The notes beneath the pieces were generated by a model, which was given only the letters and a program-made list of their open reading frames with translations, did no database searches and had not been told where the DNA came from. A stretch of DNA of 62,074 bases, filler included. It is 4 parts of 4 records of this genome, joined end to end, with 100 filler letters (N's around TTAATTAATTAA, not from the genome) between each part and the next. Parts side by side here need not be neighbours in the genome. Positions count along the whole stretch, not along the records: positions 1 to 17,929 come from DRR723986_6290; positions 18,030 to 23,657 come from DRR723986_6291; 2 more parts are not named here. One strand, given 5' to 3'. This document shows, piece after piece, positions 9,008 through 18,030 of this stretch. The position numbers and the translations under genes are program-made. The number at the start of each line of letters is the position of its first letter. Position 1 is the stretch's first letter.

Positions 9008-9893
9008 ATCCTTCCGATAGTGGGGGTTTCATGGGCAGGCGTTGCATGGGCGCCTGCGCTGCGTCAAGGGGGGCGTCAAGGTGGGCGCCAATGATGCGTG
9101 TCTGCCCCTGTAGGCACAAAACCGCCCCCAAAATATGGCCTTGGGCGTGAAACTGGTGGGCCAGGGCCATGCCATTTGCCAGCGCTTCTGCGGCCTCGGC
9201 CGGGGCCAGCGGCCCCAGCCCGACCACCACCGGGCGGGTGCCCAAATCGCTGTCAGGCTGCACCACACAGGCCGGCTGGCGGGCAATGGCCGGATGGCCC
9301 GGCAGATCAACGGCATTGGCAATCAAGGTGGCGGCAACATCGGCGGCAGCGGCGGTTTTGGCCAGCACCGTCGCGCTATCGGCCACGCCCATCGACAAGC
9401 TGCGCCCGCCGCGCCCGCTGGTGGCAATGCCGCCCACGCCCATCGCGGCCTGCAGGGCAATGCGCCCCAGCCCATGCCCATCTAGCCCGGCCACGGCAAT
9501 ATCGAATTGGCCGCCCGGCGCCAGATACAGCGCGATATCGCCGCCATTGTTTACATAGGCGCGCTCGATCGGGGCGGATTGTGCGCGTAAGGCGTGCAAA
9601 ACCTGATCGGCCACAGCACCTGCAACCGCGGCCATGGGGGTGACAAAATGTGCGGGCGCAAACGGCAGGCAGGCCGCGCGCATGCGCTGGGCCACGGGGC
9701 CCTGCAAAGCGGGCCCAACCGGCTGGCGCAGCTGCGGCAATTCATCAACCAAACGCTGCAACAGCCCGGAAAAGCAGTGCTGCGCTGCGCGGTAGGCGGG
9801 CGCGCGCGCCCCATCGACACCGATCACCAAATCAATCGGGCCGTGCTGCAAATGCAAACGCCCCTCTGGCAGCAGGGCCGCAGTCGCGCTCAT
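8985..9893 (-). CDS. UPF0280 family protein (ApbE flavin-transferase superfamily)
   Basis: LHLQHGPIDL, TPMAAVAGAVAD, NNGGDIA, GIATSG, SLSMGVADSATV, ADVAATLIAN. Confidence 0.87.
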   Translation of the reverse strand: MSATAALLPEGRLHLQHGPIDLVIGVDGARAPAYRAAQHCFSGLLQRLVDELPQLRQPVGPALQGPVAQRMRAACLPFAPAHFVTPMAAVAGAVADQVLHALRAQSAPIERAYVNNGGDIALYLAPGGQFDIAVAGLDGHGLGRIALQAAMGVGGIATSGRGGRSLSMGVADSATVLAKTAAAADVAATLIANAVDLPGHPAIARQPACVVQPDSDLGTRPVVVGLGPLAPAEAAEALANGMALAHQFHAQGHILGAVLCLQGQTRIIGAHLDAPLDAAQAPMQRLPMKPPLSEGYAHHATG

Positions 9894-11389
9894 GCGCGCC
9901 CCTTTCGGGCATGAATGGCGCGGTGGCGATGATGGGAATGCGGGTCTGGCCCACCGCCCGGCAGCACCTTGCGAATATCAGGGTTAAGCACGCTTTCCAC
10001 CGGGCGCACATGGTCCATATGGCCGCCAAGTGCTGCGTAATCTTCGCTGCGCAGGGTAAATTCGATCGGCGCCACCAAGGCAGGCGTGGGCACATACCCG
10101 AACGCGTTGGTGGGCATTTCCAGCACATCCGCCATAAAGGTAATGCCGCCGCCCGGCCAAACATAGGCCTCGGCGCCACCGCAGCTGACATAGGTCAGCG
10201 CCTCTTTGACCGACCGGGTCAGGCGCACCGGGTTTTCTGTAACGCCGGCGCGCAGGCTGCCCCCTGCCCCGCCCATGAACACCACCGAACACAGCGAAGG
10301 TTCGCAGTTTTCCGCGATACGCTCGCAGGTGGCCAGCAGGGGGGCTGAAATTTCCGCAGGCTGGGGGTGCAGCGCCGCGTCCAGCACGAAATAGGCCCAT
10401 TGTTCGCCGGTGGTCGATACCATCAGCAGCCGCTGGCCTGGCCATGCCAATTTAGGGTCTGCCGGGCGCAAAATGGTCAGCGGGTCTTCGACATCGGTGC
10501 CCCCCCAGCCGGTGCCCGGCTCGGCCACCTGGAAATAGCGCCCCGGGGTCGAGCGGCGGCCATTGATGCGAATACCCGAGGGGCGCATGCCCAGCTGCTT
10601 GCCCGCCTCGTGTTCTGTTAGCACGCCGGTGATGTGATCATCCACCACGATCACCTCGTCAACATGGCCCTGCCATTGCTTGGCAAACATGCCAATCGTG
10701 GCAGACCCGCAGCCAACGCGCATCAGCTTTTCGGGCACGCCGTTGATAATGGGCGGCTGGCCTGCCTGCACCACAACCTGCGCGCCACCATCGATATGCA
10801 TTTCCACCGCATCGCGGTTGCACAGTTTCAACAGCGCATCGCAGGTCACACGGCCCTCTTTTTTCGAGCCCCCCGTCAGGTGTTCAACCCCGCCAAGCGA
10901 CAGCATTTTCGAGCCGTATTCCGAGGTCATGACATGGCCAATCGCCTCGCCATCCACCCGCACGACCGCGCGTTCGTGGCCAATAAAGCGATCGGTGTCG
11001 ATTTTCACCTTCACGCCGCAATAGCTGAAAATGCCCTCGGTCACGACGGTGACCATATCCACCCCATCGATGCTTTGCGACACGATAAACGGCGCGGGCT
11101 TGTAATCGGGGTAGGTGGTGCCAGCGCCCACCGCGGTGACAAAGGTGCGATGGCCCTGGATCACATCACCATCCCAGTCTTGGGCATCGCCCGCCTGGGG
11201 CAGAAATTCAACCGCTTGCGCGCCGCTTTCGATTACGGTCAGCGGATCCAGCCGCACCAATTGGCCATCGTGATTGGCATAGCGGTCGCAGGCGCCGGCC
11301 TTGCCTTGGGCGATGTAGCACATCACCGGGCAGGCATCGCAGCGTATCTTTTCCAGGTCGCGGCGTGTGGGGGTGCTGTCGTCAGGCAT
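9890..11389 (-). CDS. 6-hydroxynicotinate reductase-like Fe-S flavoprotein
   Basis: KIRCDACPVMC...GACDRYAN Cys cluster, GAGTTYPDYKPAPFIV, VTEGIFSYCG, RVGCGSAT, VDDHITG, GGAGGSLRAGV; next to Mo-hydroxylase and enamidase. Confidence 0.85.
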   Translation of the reverse strand: MPDDSTPTRRDLEKIRCDACPVMCYIAQGKAGACDRYANHDGQLVRLDPLTVIESGAQAVEFLPQAGDAQDWDGDVIQGHRTFVTAVGAGTTYPDYKPAPFIVSQSIDGVDMVTVVTEGIFSYCGVKVKIDTDRFIGHERAVVRVDGEAIGHVMTSEYGSKMLSLGGVEHLTGGSKKEGRVTCDALLKLCNRDAVEMHIDGGAQVVVQAGQPPIINGVPEKLMRVGCGSATIGMFAKQWQGHVDEVIVVDDHITGVLTEHEAGKQLGMRPSGIRINGRRSTPGRYFQVAEPGTGWGGTDVEDPLTILRPADPKLAWPGQRLLMVSTTGEQWAYFVLDAALHPQPAEISAPLLATCERIAENCEPSLCSVVFMGGAGGSLRAGVTENPVRLTRSVKEALTYVSCGGAEAYVWPGGGITFMADVLEMPTNAFGYVPTPALVAPIEFTLRSEDYAALGGHMDHVRPVESVLNPDIRKVLPGGGPDPHSHHRHRAIHARKGRA

Positions 11390-14162
11390 GACCAACCTCC
11401 TTTAAGGCGGCGCGCAGGCGCGCAGGCGTCACGGGCAGCTTGCGCAGCTGCGCCCCGGTGGCCCGGCCAATGGCATTCAAAATGGCCGGCGCGGTGGGGA
11501 TCAGCGCATGCTCGCCCAGCCCTTTGGCACCATAGGGGCCGTGGGCATCGGGCTCTTCGATGATCAAGGTTTCGATCGGGGGCACATCGCCAAATGTGGG
11601 CATCAGGTAATCATGCAGGTTTTCGGTGCGCCCGGGGAGATATTCCTCCATCAAGGCCATGCCCAGCCCCTGGGCCACGCCGCCCTGCACCTGCCCCTCT
11701 ACCAATAGCGGGTTGATCGCACAGCCCACATCATGGGCTGCCACGATCTGCAGCACACGGGTTGTGCCCAGTTTGGTATCCACCTCGACCATCGCCAGAT
11801 GCGCGGCATAGCCATATTGCGCATAGGGCGCGCCCTGGCCGTTTTCATCCAGCGGCAAGGTGGGCGGGTCATAGGTTTCTTGCACGCGCAGCACATAGCC
11901 TTCGGCATCAACGGGCAGATCGGCCAGGCGCAGCCTATGGGGGCCTGTGGCATCTTGCACCACCAGGTCCATACCTTGCCCCGTGCCCAGCACAATGCGG
12001 CTGTCATCGGCGGCATTCACCTGCGCCAGCAGCAGCCGGCGCAGCGCCTCGCCCGCCAGGCGGGCGGCATTTCCGGTGACAAATGTTTGCCGCGAGGCCG
12101 AGGTTTTGCCCGCATCAGGGGTGCGATCGGTATCGCCATCGATCACCGCAATCTGCGCCACATCCACCCCCAAAGCCCGGGCAAAAATTTGCGGGATCAC
12201 CGTGTTAGATCCTTGGCCGATATCCGCCGCCCCCTGGTGCAGCACCACCGTGCCATCGGCCCGCACCCCGGCCTTTATGGTCGAGGGGTTGGGCAGCGAG
12301 GTATTGCCACAGCCATACCAGCCCCCCGCCACGCCAACGCCACGCCGCAGCACGCCCGCCTGGGCGTTAAAGGCCTGCGCCTCGGCGTTCAGCCGCGCCC
12401 ATGCCGGGCGCAGCGCCTGCAAACAGGCCTTTATGCCAACACCTTGCTGAAACACCTGCCCGCAAATCGTGGGGGTGCCATTTGTCAGTGCATTCTTGAT
12501 GCGAAATTCCAGCGCGTCTTGGCCCAGCTTATCGGCCAGCGCGTCAAACAACACCTCTTGGGCCACCGCCGATTGCGGCACGCCAAAGCCGCGAAACGCG
12601 CCGGCGGGCGTGCCATTGGTATAAACACCCTGCGCCCGGGCGATATAATTGCGCAGCGCATAGGGCCCCGACGCATGGATAGGCACGCGGTTGGCCACCG
12701 TCGGCCCCCAGCTGGCATAAGCGCCGGTGTTGAACTGCCCCTCAAATGCAATCGCCGCAAGCGTGCCATCGGCCTGCGCCCCCACCTTTAGCGAAATTTG
12801 CGCCGGGTGGCGCTTGGTGGTCGAGGCCATGGTTTCCTGGCGCGAATAGGTGATGCGCACCGCCCGCCCCAGCCGCAAGGCCGCCAAGGCCACAAAGGGC
12901 TGGAACGAGATATCGATTTTCGAGCCAAACCCACCGCCCGTGGCCGATGGCAGCACGCGGATGCGATCCAGCGGCAAGGCCAAAATGGGCGCCAGCGCTT
13001 CTTTATCCATCACTGGGGCCTGGGTGCAGCCATAGATATGCAGCCGCCCATCCACCAGATCGGCCATGCCGGCCTCGGGCTCGATATAGCCATGCTCGAC
13101 ATAGGATGTTTCAAACTGGCCCTCGACCTGCACATCAGCCGCGGCCATCGCGCCATCGGCATCGCCGTGTTTTACAAAGCCCTGGCACAAAATATTGCCC
13201 TCGTGGCCCGGGTGCAGGCGGGGGGCATCGGGGGCAGTGGCGGTGGCCACATCTAAAACCGCGGGCTGCGGATCCCAGGTGATGGGGAATTGGCCCGCAT
13301 CAAACTGCGCCATCGCATCAGCCGGGCCCACCACGGCGGCCACGGCCTCGCCCTTAAAGCGCACGGTGTCGCTGGCAAAAACGGGCTGGTCGATAAACCC
13401 CGGGATCACCCCAAAGAGGTTGCGCCCGGGAATATCTGCCGCTGTCAGCACCAGCGCCACCCAAGGGTTGGCCGCCTGCCATGCCTGCAGATCGCCCAAG
13501 CGGAAGCGCGCATGGTGATGGGGGCTGCGGATGACCCGCAGCACCAGCGTATCGGCCGGGGCGATATCATCGCCAAACCGCTCGCGCCCGTCCAGCTTGG
13601 GCCGCCCATCGAGCCGCGCAATGGCCTGGCCCACATCGCCTGTGCTGGGCGGCTGTGGCGGCATGCCCCCCACGCCGGCATCGGCCACCGCATCGATGAT
13701 TTTGCGATAGCCCGTGCAGCGGCACAAAACCCCGCCCAGCGCATCCTCGACCTGCGCGGCGGTGGGGCTGGGCACGGCGCGCAACAGCGCCATGGCCGCC
13801 ACCATCATGCCCGGCGTGCAAATGCCGCATTGGGCCGCCTGATGGGCATGGAAACTATCGGCCAAACGCTGCGCCAGCGGATCATGCGCCACCAGCCCGG
13901 CTTGGGTTTCCACCGAGGCGCCGGCCACGCGGGCGGTGGGCATCAGGCAGGCGCAGACCGGGGCCCCATCGACCAGCACGGTGCAGGCACCACAATCGCC
14001 GGCATTGCAGCCGATTTTCACATCACGGCTGCCCAGCCTTTCGCGCAGCGACTGCGACAGCCGCTCGCCCGGGGGGGCACTGACCGCAACGCTTGCACCG
14101 TTCAGGCGAAATTCGGTGGCGCAAGGATCTGCGCCAAAGGGGGGGGTGGCATTATCTTTCAT
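11382..14162 (-). CDS. Xanthine-oxidase-family Mo-hydroxylase, fused 2x[2Fe-2S] + molybdopterin subunit (nicotinate dehydrogenase-like)
   Basis: GCNAGDCGACT, QCGICTPG, CRCTGY; GGGFGSK, AFRGFG, QVQGG, KGLGE catalytic Glu. Confidence 0.88.
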   Translation of the reverse strand: MKDNATPPFGADPCATEFRLNGASVAVSAPPGERLSQSLRERLGSRDVKIGCNAGDCGACTVLVDGAPVCACLMPTARVAGASVETQAGLVAHDPLAQRLADSFHAHQAAQCGICTPGMMVAAMALLRAVPSPTAAQVEDALGGVLCRCTGYRKIIDAVADAGVGGMPPQPPSTGDVGQAIARLDGRPKLDGRERFGDDIAPADTLVLRVIRSPHHHARFRLGDLQAWQAANPWVALVLTAADIPGRNLFGVIPGFIDQPVFASDTVRFKGEAVAAVVGPADAMAQFDAGQFPITWDPQPAVLDVATATAPDAPRLHPGHEGNILCQGFVKHGDADGAMAAADVQVEGQFETSYVEHGYIEPEAGMADLVDGRLHIYGCTQAPVMDKEALAPILALPLDRIRVLPSATGGGFGSKIDISFQPFVALAALRLGRAVRITYSRQETMASTTKRHPAQISLKVGAQADGTLAAIAFEGQFNTGAYASWGPTVANRVPIHASGPYALRNYIARAQGVYTNGTPAGAFRGFGVPQSAVAQEVLFDALADKLGQDALEFRIKNALTNGTPTICGQVFQQGVGIKACLQALRPAWARLNAEAQAFNAQAGVLRRGVGVAGGWYGCGNTSLPNPSTIKAGVRADGTVVLHQGAADIGQGSNTVIPQIFARALGVDVAQIAVIDGDTDRTPDAGKTSASRQTFVTGNAARLAGEALRRLLLAQVNAADDSRIVLGTGQGMDLVVQDATGPHRLRLADLPVDAEGYVLRVQETYDPPTLPLDENGQGAPYAQYGYAAHLAMVEVDTKLGTTRVLQIVAAHDVGCAINPLLVEGQVQGGVAQGLGMALMEEYLPGRTENLHDYLMPTFGDVPPIETLIIEEPDAHGPYGAKGLGEHALIPTAPAILNAIGRATGAQLRKLPVTPARLRAALKEVGHA

Positions 14163-14997
14163 TGGCGGCCTCGGCTGCTGTCATCAGGGCGCGCGATACC
14201 AATTCGCGCACCGCATCTAGGCGGTATTCGGCACTGCCGCGCACATCGGCAATGGGGGCCAGGCCCGTCAGCGGCGCCTGCGCCACACGTGCGGCAAATT
14301 CATCTGGGGCGGCACCCTGCAGCGCCGCCTCGAGCGCGCCCAAACGCTGCGCCACGGCCGAGCAGGCGCCAACAGCCACGCGGGCATCGGCCACGCGGCC
14401 CGCCTGCAGGCGAAGGATGGTGGCCACCATGGCGATGGAAATAACCAGATATTTGCGCGCGCCCAGCTTGGCAAAGGCGGCGCCGGTGCCCGGGGCCGCC
14501 CATGTATCGGGAATATCGATGGCTTGCAGCAATTCGCCGCTTTGCAACGCGGTTTGGCGCGCACCGGTCACAAACTGCGCCAAAGGCAGGCGGCGGGTGC
14601 CCGTGGCCGATACCAGCTGCACATGGGCATCCAATGTCAGCAGCGCAGGCATGCCATCGGCCGCAGGCGAGGCGTTGCACAGATTGCCCCCAATCGTGCC
14701 GGCGTTTTGAATTTGCACCGAACCCACCTCGCGCCCGGCGGCCTGCAGCCCGGCAAAGGCTGGCGGCAGATCGGCGTTTACAATCGCGCTCCAGCTGGTG
14801 GCGGCCCCAATGCGCCAGCCCCCATCGAGACGCGCAATGCCGCTAAACTGTGGCAGCCGGGTGATATCGAGCAGGTTTTGCGGCACCGGGCCATCGCCCC
14901 GCGCCGGATACCAATCGGTGCCCCCCGCAATAACACTGGCCCCCTGTGCCAACGCCTGAAATGCGTCTTCCACCCTGTCAGGACGGTGATATCCCAC
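14152..14997 (-). CDS. Mo-hydroxylase FAD-binding subunit
   Basis: YHRP start (GTG 14997), IAGGTDW, QIQNAGTIGGNLCNASPAAD, DVRGSAEYR. Confidence 0.9.
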   Translation of the reverse strand: MGYHRPDRVEDAFQALAQGASVIAGGTDWYPARGDGPVPQNLLDITRLPQFSGIARLDGGWRIGAATSWSAIVNADLPPAFAGLQAAGREVGSVQIQNAGTIGGNLCNASPAADGMPALLTLDAHVQLVSATGTRRLPLAQFVTGARQTALQSGELLQAIDIPDTWAAPGTGAAFAKLGARKYLVISIAMVATILRLQAGRVADARVAVGACSAVAQRLGALEAALQGAAPDEFAARVAQAPLTGLAPIADVRGSAEYRLDAVRELVSRALMTAAEAANER

Positions 14998-15027
14998 GCC
15001 AAATGCCCCCTGTCTGCCTGTTGCAAT

Positions 15028-15045
15028 TTGTTTGTGTACAAATAT
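15028..15045. promoter_or_regulatory. Palindromic operator, copy B
   Basis: TTGTTTG-TGTA-CAAATAT upstream of the Mo-hydroxylase operon; minus-strand TTGACA at 15067-15072. Confidence 0.65.
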
Positions 15046-15153
15046 CAAGCAGCCCAAGTGGGATTCTGTCAATTGCTTTCATCACCCACCCCGCACCTGG
15101 CATGCAAATCGCGCAGAATACCGCCTTGCAAAGGCTTGCCAGATCGAAATTTC

Positions 15154-15171
15154 ATGTTAGCGTTCAAATAA
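15154..15171. promoter_or_regulatory. Palindromic operator, copy C
   Basis: ATGTTAG-CGTT-CAAATAA overlapping candidate -10 TAGCGT (15158-15163; -35 TTGCCA 15136-15141) of the enamidase gene. Confidence 0.65.
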
Positions 15172-15188
15172 ATTTCAGGGAGAGCACC

Positions 15189-16382
15189 ATGGCAGATGCA
15201 GCCGCAAGCGAAAGCGCCTCGGGAAAATTGGTTATCCGCAACATTGGGCTGATGCTATCGGGCAAGATCGAAGACCCGATCTATGATGCCGATTGCCTGA
15301 TCGCGGTGGATGGCAAAATTACCCAATGGGGCCGCGAAAAAGATTTGGATACCGAGGGCGCAGATACGCTGATCGATGCCCATGGCACCACCTTGGCCCC
15401 CGGCCTGATCGACAGCCATATTCACCCGGTGGTGGGCGATTACACCCCCCGCCAGCAGCAATTGCACTGGATCGACAGCACATTGCACGGTGGTGTGACC
15501 ACGATGATTTCTGCCGGCGAGGTGCATATGCCAGGCCGGCCCAAAGACGTGGTCGGACTTAAGGCCATGGCGATTGCCTCGCAGCGCTGGTACGAAAATT
15601 TCCGCCCCTCGGGCGTAAAGGTGCACGCCGGCGCCCCGGTGATCGAACATGGCATGGTCGAGGAAGATTTCGCCGAGCTGGCAAAATCGGGTGTAAAACT
15701 GCTGGGCGAGGTGGGGCTGGGCACCGTCAAAGACGGAAAAACCGCCCGCCAGATGGTGGATTGGGCGCGTAAATATGGCATCCAAAGCACCATCCACACC
15801 GGCGGCCCCTCGATCCCCGGGTCAGGGCTGATCGATGCCGATATGGTGCTGGAAACCGGCACCGATGTGGTGGGCCATATCAACGGTGGGCATTCTGCCT
15901 TGCCCGATGATCAAATCGTGTGCCTGTGCGAAAATTGCAAAGCCGCGCTAGAGATTGTGCACAATGGCAACGAACGTGCCGCACTGCTAACGCTGAACAC
16001 CGCGCGCGAATTGGGCAAGCTGGATCAGCTGATTTTGGGCACCGACGGGCCTGCCGGATCGGGCGTGCAGCCCTTGGGCATTATGCGCATGGTGGCGATG
16101 CTGTCGGCCTTGGGCAATGTGCCGGCTGAAATTGCCTTTTGCTTTGCCAATGGCAATACGGCACGGCGGCGCAACCTGGATTGCGGGTTAATCGAGGCGG
16201 GGCGCAGCGCCGATTTTGTGCTGATGGATCAGGCCCAGCACGCGCCCGGCAAGCATATTTTAGACTCGGTCGCCCTGGGCAACTTGCCCGGTGTCGGCAT
16301 GACCATTATCGATGGTGTTGTGCGCAGCCAACGCAGCCGCAATACGCCCCCCGCCTGGCGGATACCCGAAATCATCGGCTAG
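15189..16382 (+). CDS. Enamidase (amidohydrolase family)
   Basis: PGLIDSHIHPVVGDYTPRQ, SAGEVH, GEVGLG, HTGGPS, GHINGG, GTDGPAGSG, SRNTPP. Confidence 0.88.
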   Translation: MADAAASESASGKLVIRNIGLMLSGKIEDPIYDADCLIAVDGKITQWGREKDLDTEGADTLIDAHGTTLAPGLIDSHIHPVVGDYTPRQQQLHWIDSTLHGGVTTMISAGEVHMPGRPKDVVGLKAMAIASQRWYENFRPSGVKVHAGAPVIEHGMVEEDFAELAKSGVKLLGEVGLGTVKDGKTARQMVDWARKYGIQSTIHTGGPSIPGSGLIDADMVLETGTDVVGHINGGHSALPDDQIVCLCENCKAALEIVHNGNERAALLTLNTARELGKLDQLILGTDGPAGSGVQPLGIMRMVAMLSALGNVPAEIAFCFANGNTARRRNLDCGLIEAGRSADFVLMDQAQHAPGKHILDSVALGNLPGVGMTIIDGVVRSQRSRNTPPAWRIPEIIG

Positions 16383-16419
16383 GCCCCAGGGCCCGTGGCC
16401 ATAACCTGTAAGGGCCTAT

Positions 16420-17929
16420 ATGACACGGCTTTTTTCTACGAAAAACAGGCCCTTGCATGCAGGCCCCTACCCTAGCGAAAAGCTGCGCCGCGGGCCTATG
16501 CCTGCGCTGCAGGCGATTGGCGCTGAAACCGCGGTGCCCTTTTGCCAGCCCGAGGCGCCCCATAGCCTGATCAATGCCATGACCGAGGCACAGGCCATGT
16601 TGGATATCTTGCGCAGCGGGGCTGCAAACCCTGCCCGCGCCACCATTCCAAACTGCCCACTGGAACGCGCCCAACATCTGAAATCTTTTGCCTATTTTTG
16701 CGATGCCGATATGGCGGGCATTTGTCAGCTTCCAGCAGATGCCCTGCGCGATGAGCCGCTGGAAAACCCCAATATCGGGCCTTTGGTGCAGCGTTTGCGC
16801 ACCGAACAGACAAAATCGCTTGCCGCAGGGATAGATCAGACCATGGCCGAGCTGCGCGAACAGCTTAGCGCGCCGGCCACCCCCATCGATGCCCACAGCC
16901 ATGCCTTGGTGCTGCTTTACGCCAACCCGCGCGCCCCCAAAAAGGGCGAGCCGGGCTATGACTGGATTGCCAATAGCGCCCGCCAACGCGCCTGTTTGCG
17001 CAGCGCGGAAACCGCGGTTGTCTTGGCAGAATATCTGCGCGTTTTGGGCTTTGAGGCCCGCGCGCATACCGGCGCTGCCAGCGATGTGGTGATGGCGCGC
17101 CTGGCGGTGGCGGCGGGGCTGGTAGACCACGACTTGCAAGCGCCGTGGCTGGGGGAAAACTATGGGCTGGCGGTGGTGACAACCACCATGCAGCTGGCCT
17201 GCGACCAGCCGCTGGCCCCCATGTCCACACAGCCGCGGTTTTGGCTGCACGGCGCAGGCTGGCAGCTGGGGCTGGCGGGCAGTGCCAAGGGCGGCCACAG
17301 CGCCGATCCTTACGCCAAACGCCCCTTTGCACTGGGCCCGCACCCGTTTGAAACCCTCAAGCGGGTGGATCACCCCACCACCTATATCGATGCCCCCAAT
17401 GTGGCGCGGGTGCCCAAACGCACCGATATGTTCGCCCGCGCCCAATTTGGCGATATGGGGCGCAAATTGCAAAAAGGCGCAGCAGGCGGGCGGTATGTGC
17501 GCAAACAGGCCCCCGCCTTGGCGCAGCGGCGTGCCTTGGGCGCGTTTGTGTTGCTGCAAGATGGGCCCGTGGCCCGCCCGGCCGCGCCCCACGACCCCGC
17601 CAAGATCGCCGACAATCTGAAAGCGGCCAGCTATTATCTGGGCCTTGATGCTGTTGGGCTGTCGCACTGCCCCGAATGGGCGTGGTATTCGCATGATGCC
17701 TTGGGCCAGCCCATTACGCCCCCCCATGATCAAGCCATCAGCATGATCGTCGATCAGGGCTATGAAACGATGGAGGGCGCCTCGGGCGATGATTGGATCA
17801 GCGTGGCGCAATCCATGCGCGCCTATTTGCGCTTTTCCATTCTGGGCGCGGTGATTGCTGCGCAAATCCGAAATTTGGGCTACAGCGCCCGCGCCCATAC
17901 GGTGATGGATGGCGAGGTGCTGCAACCGC
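16420..17929 (+). CDS. Catabolic B12-dependent reductive dehalogenase (NpRdhA/BhbA type), 3'-truncated at contig end
   Basis: RLFSTKNRPLHAGPYPSEKL N-terminus; duplicated cobalamin-domain motifs (LKSFAYFCDADMAGIC / LKAASYYLGLDAVGLS; LRVLGFEARAH / IRNLGYSARAH); GASGDDWISVAQSMRAY; no Tat signal. Confidence 0.87.
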
Positions 17930-18029
17930 NNNNNNNNNNNNNNNNNNNNNNNNNNNNNNNNNNNNNNNNNNNNTTAATTAATTAANNNNNNNNNNNNNNN
18001 NNNNNNNNNNNNNNNNNNNNNNNNNNNNN
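17930..18029. other. Artificial contig linker
   Basis: N-run + TTAATTAATTAA (stops in six frames) + N-run. Confidence 0.98.
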
Positions 18030-18030
18030 G

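Noticed and set aside
11382-14162. Selenocysteine or recoding in the Mo-hydroxylase; xanthine or CO dehydrogenase identity
   Set aside because: ORF is uninterrupted with no in-frame TGA; no CoxL AYxCSFR motif; hnr and enamidase context favours a nicotinate-type enzyme
17930-18029. TTAATTAATTAA palindromes inside N-runs (also 23702 and 36120)
   Set aside because: Artificial contig linkers; adjacency across them (e.g. rdhA-glnE) has no biological meaning, and truncated genes are not pseudogenes
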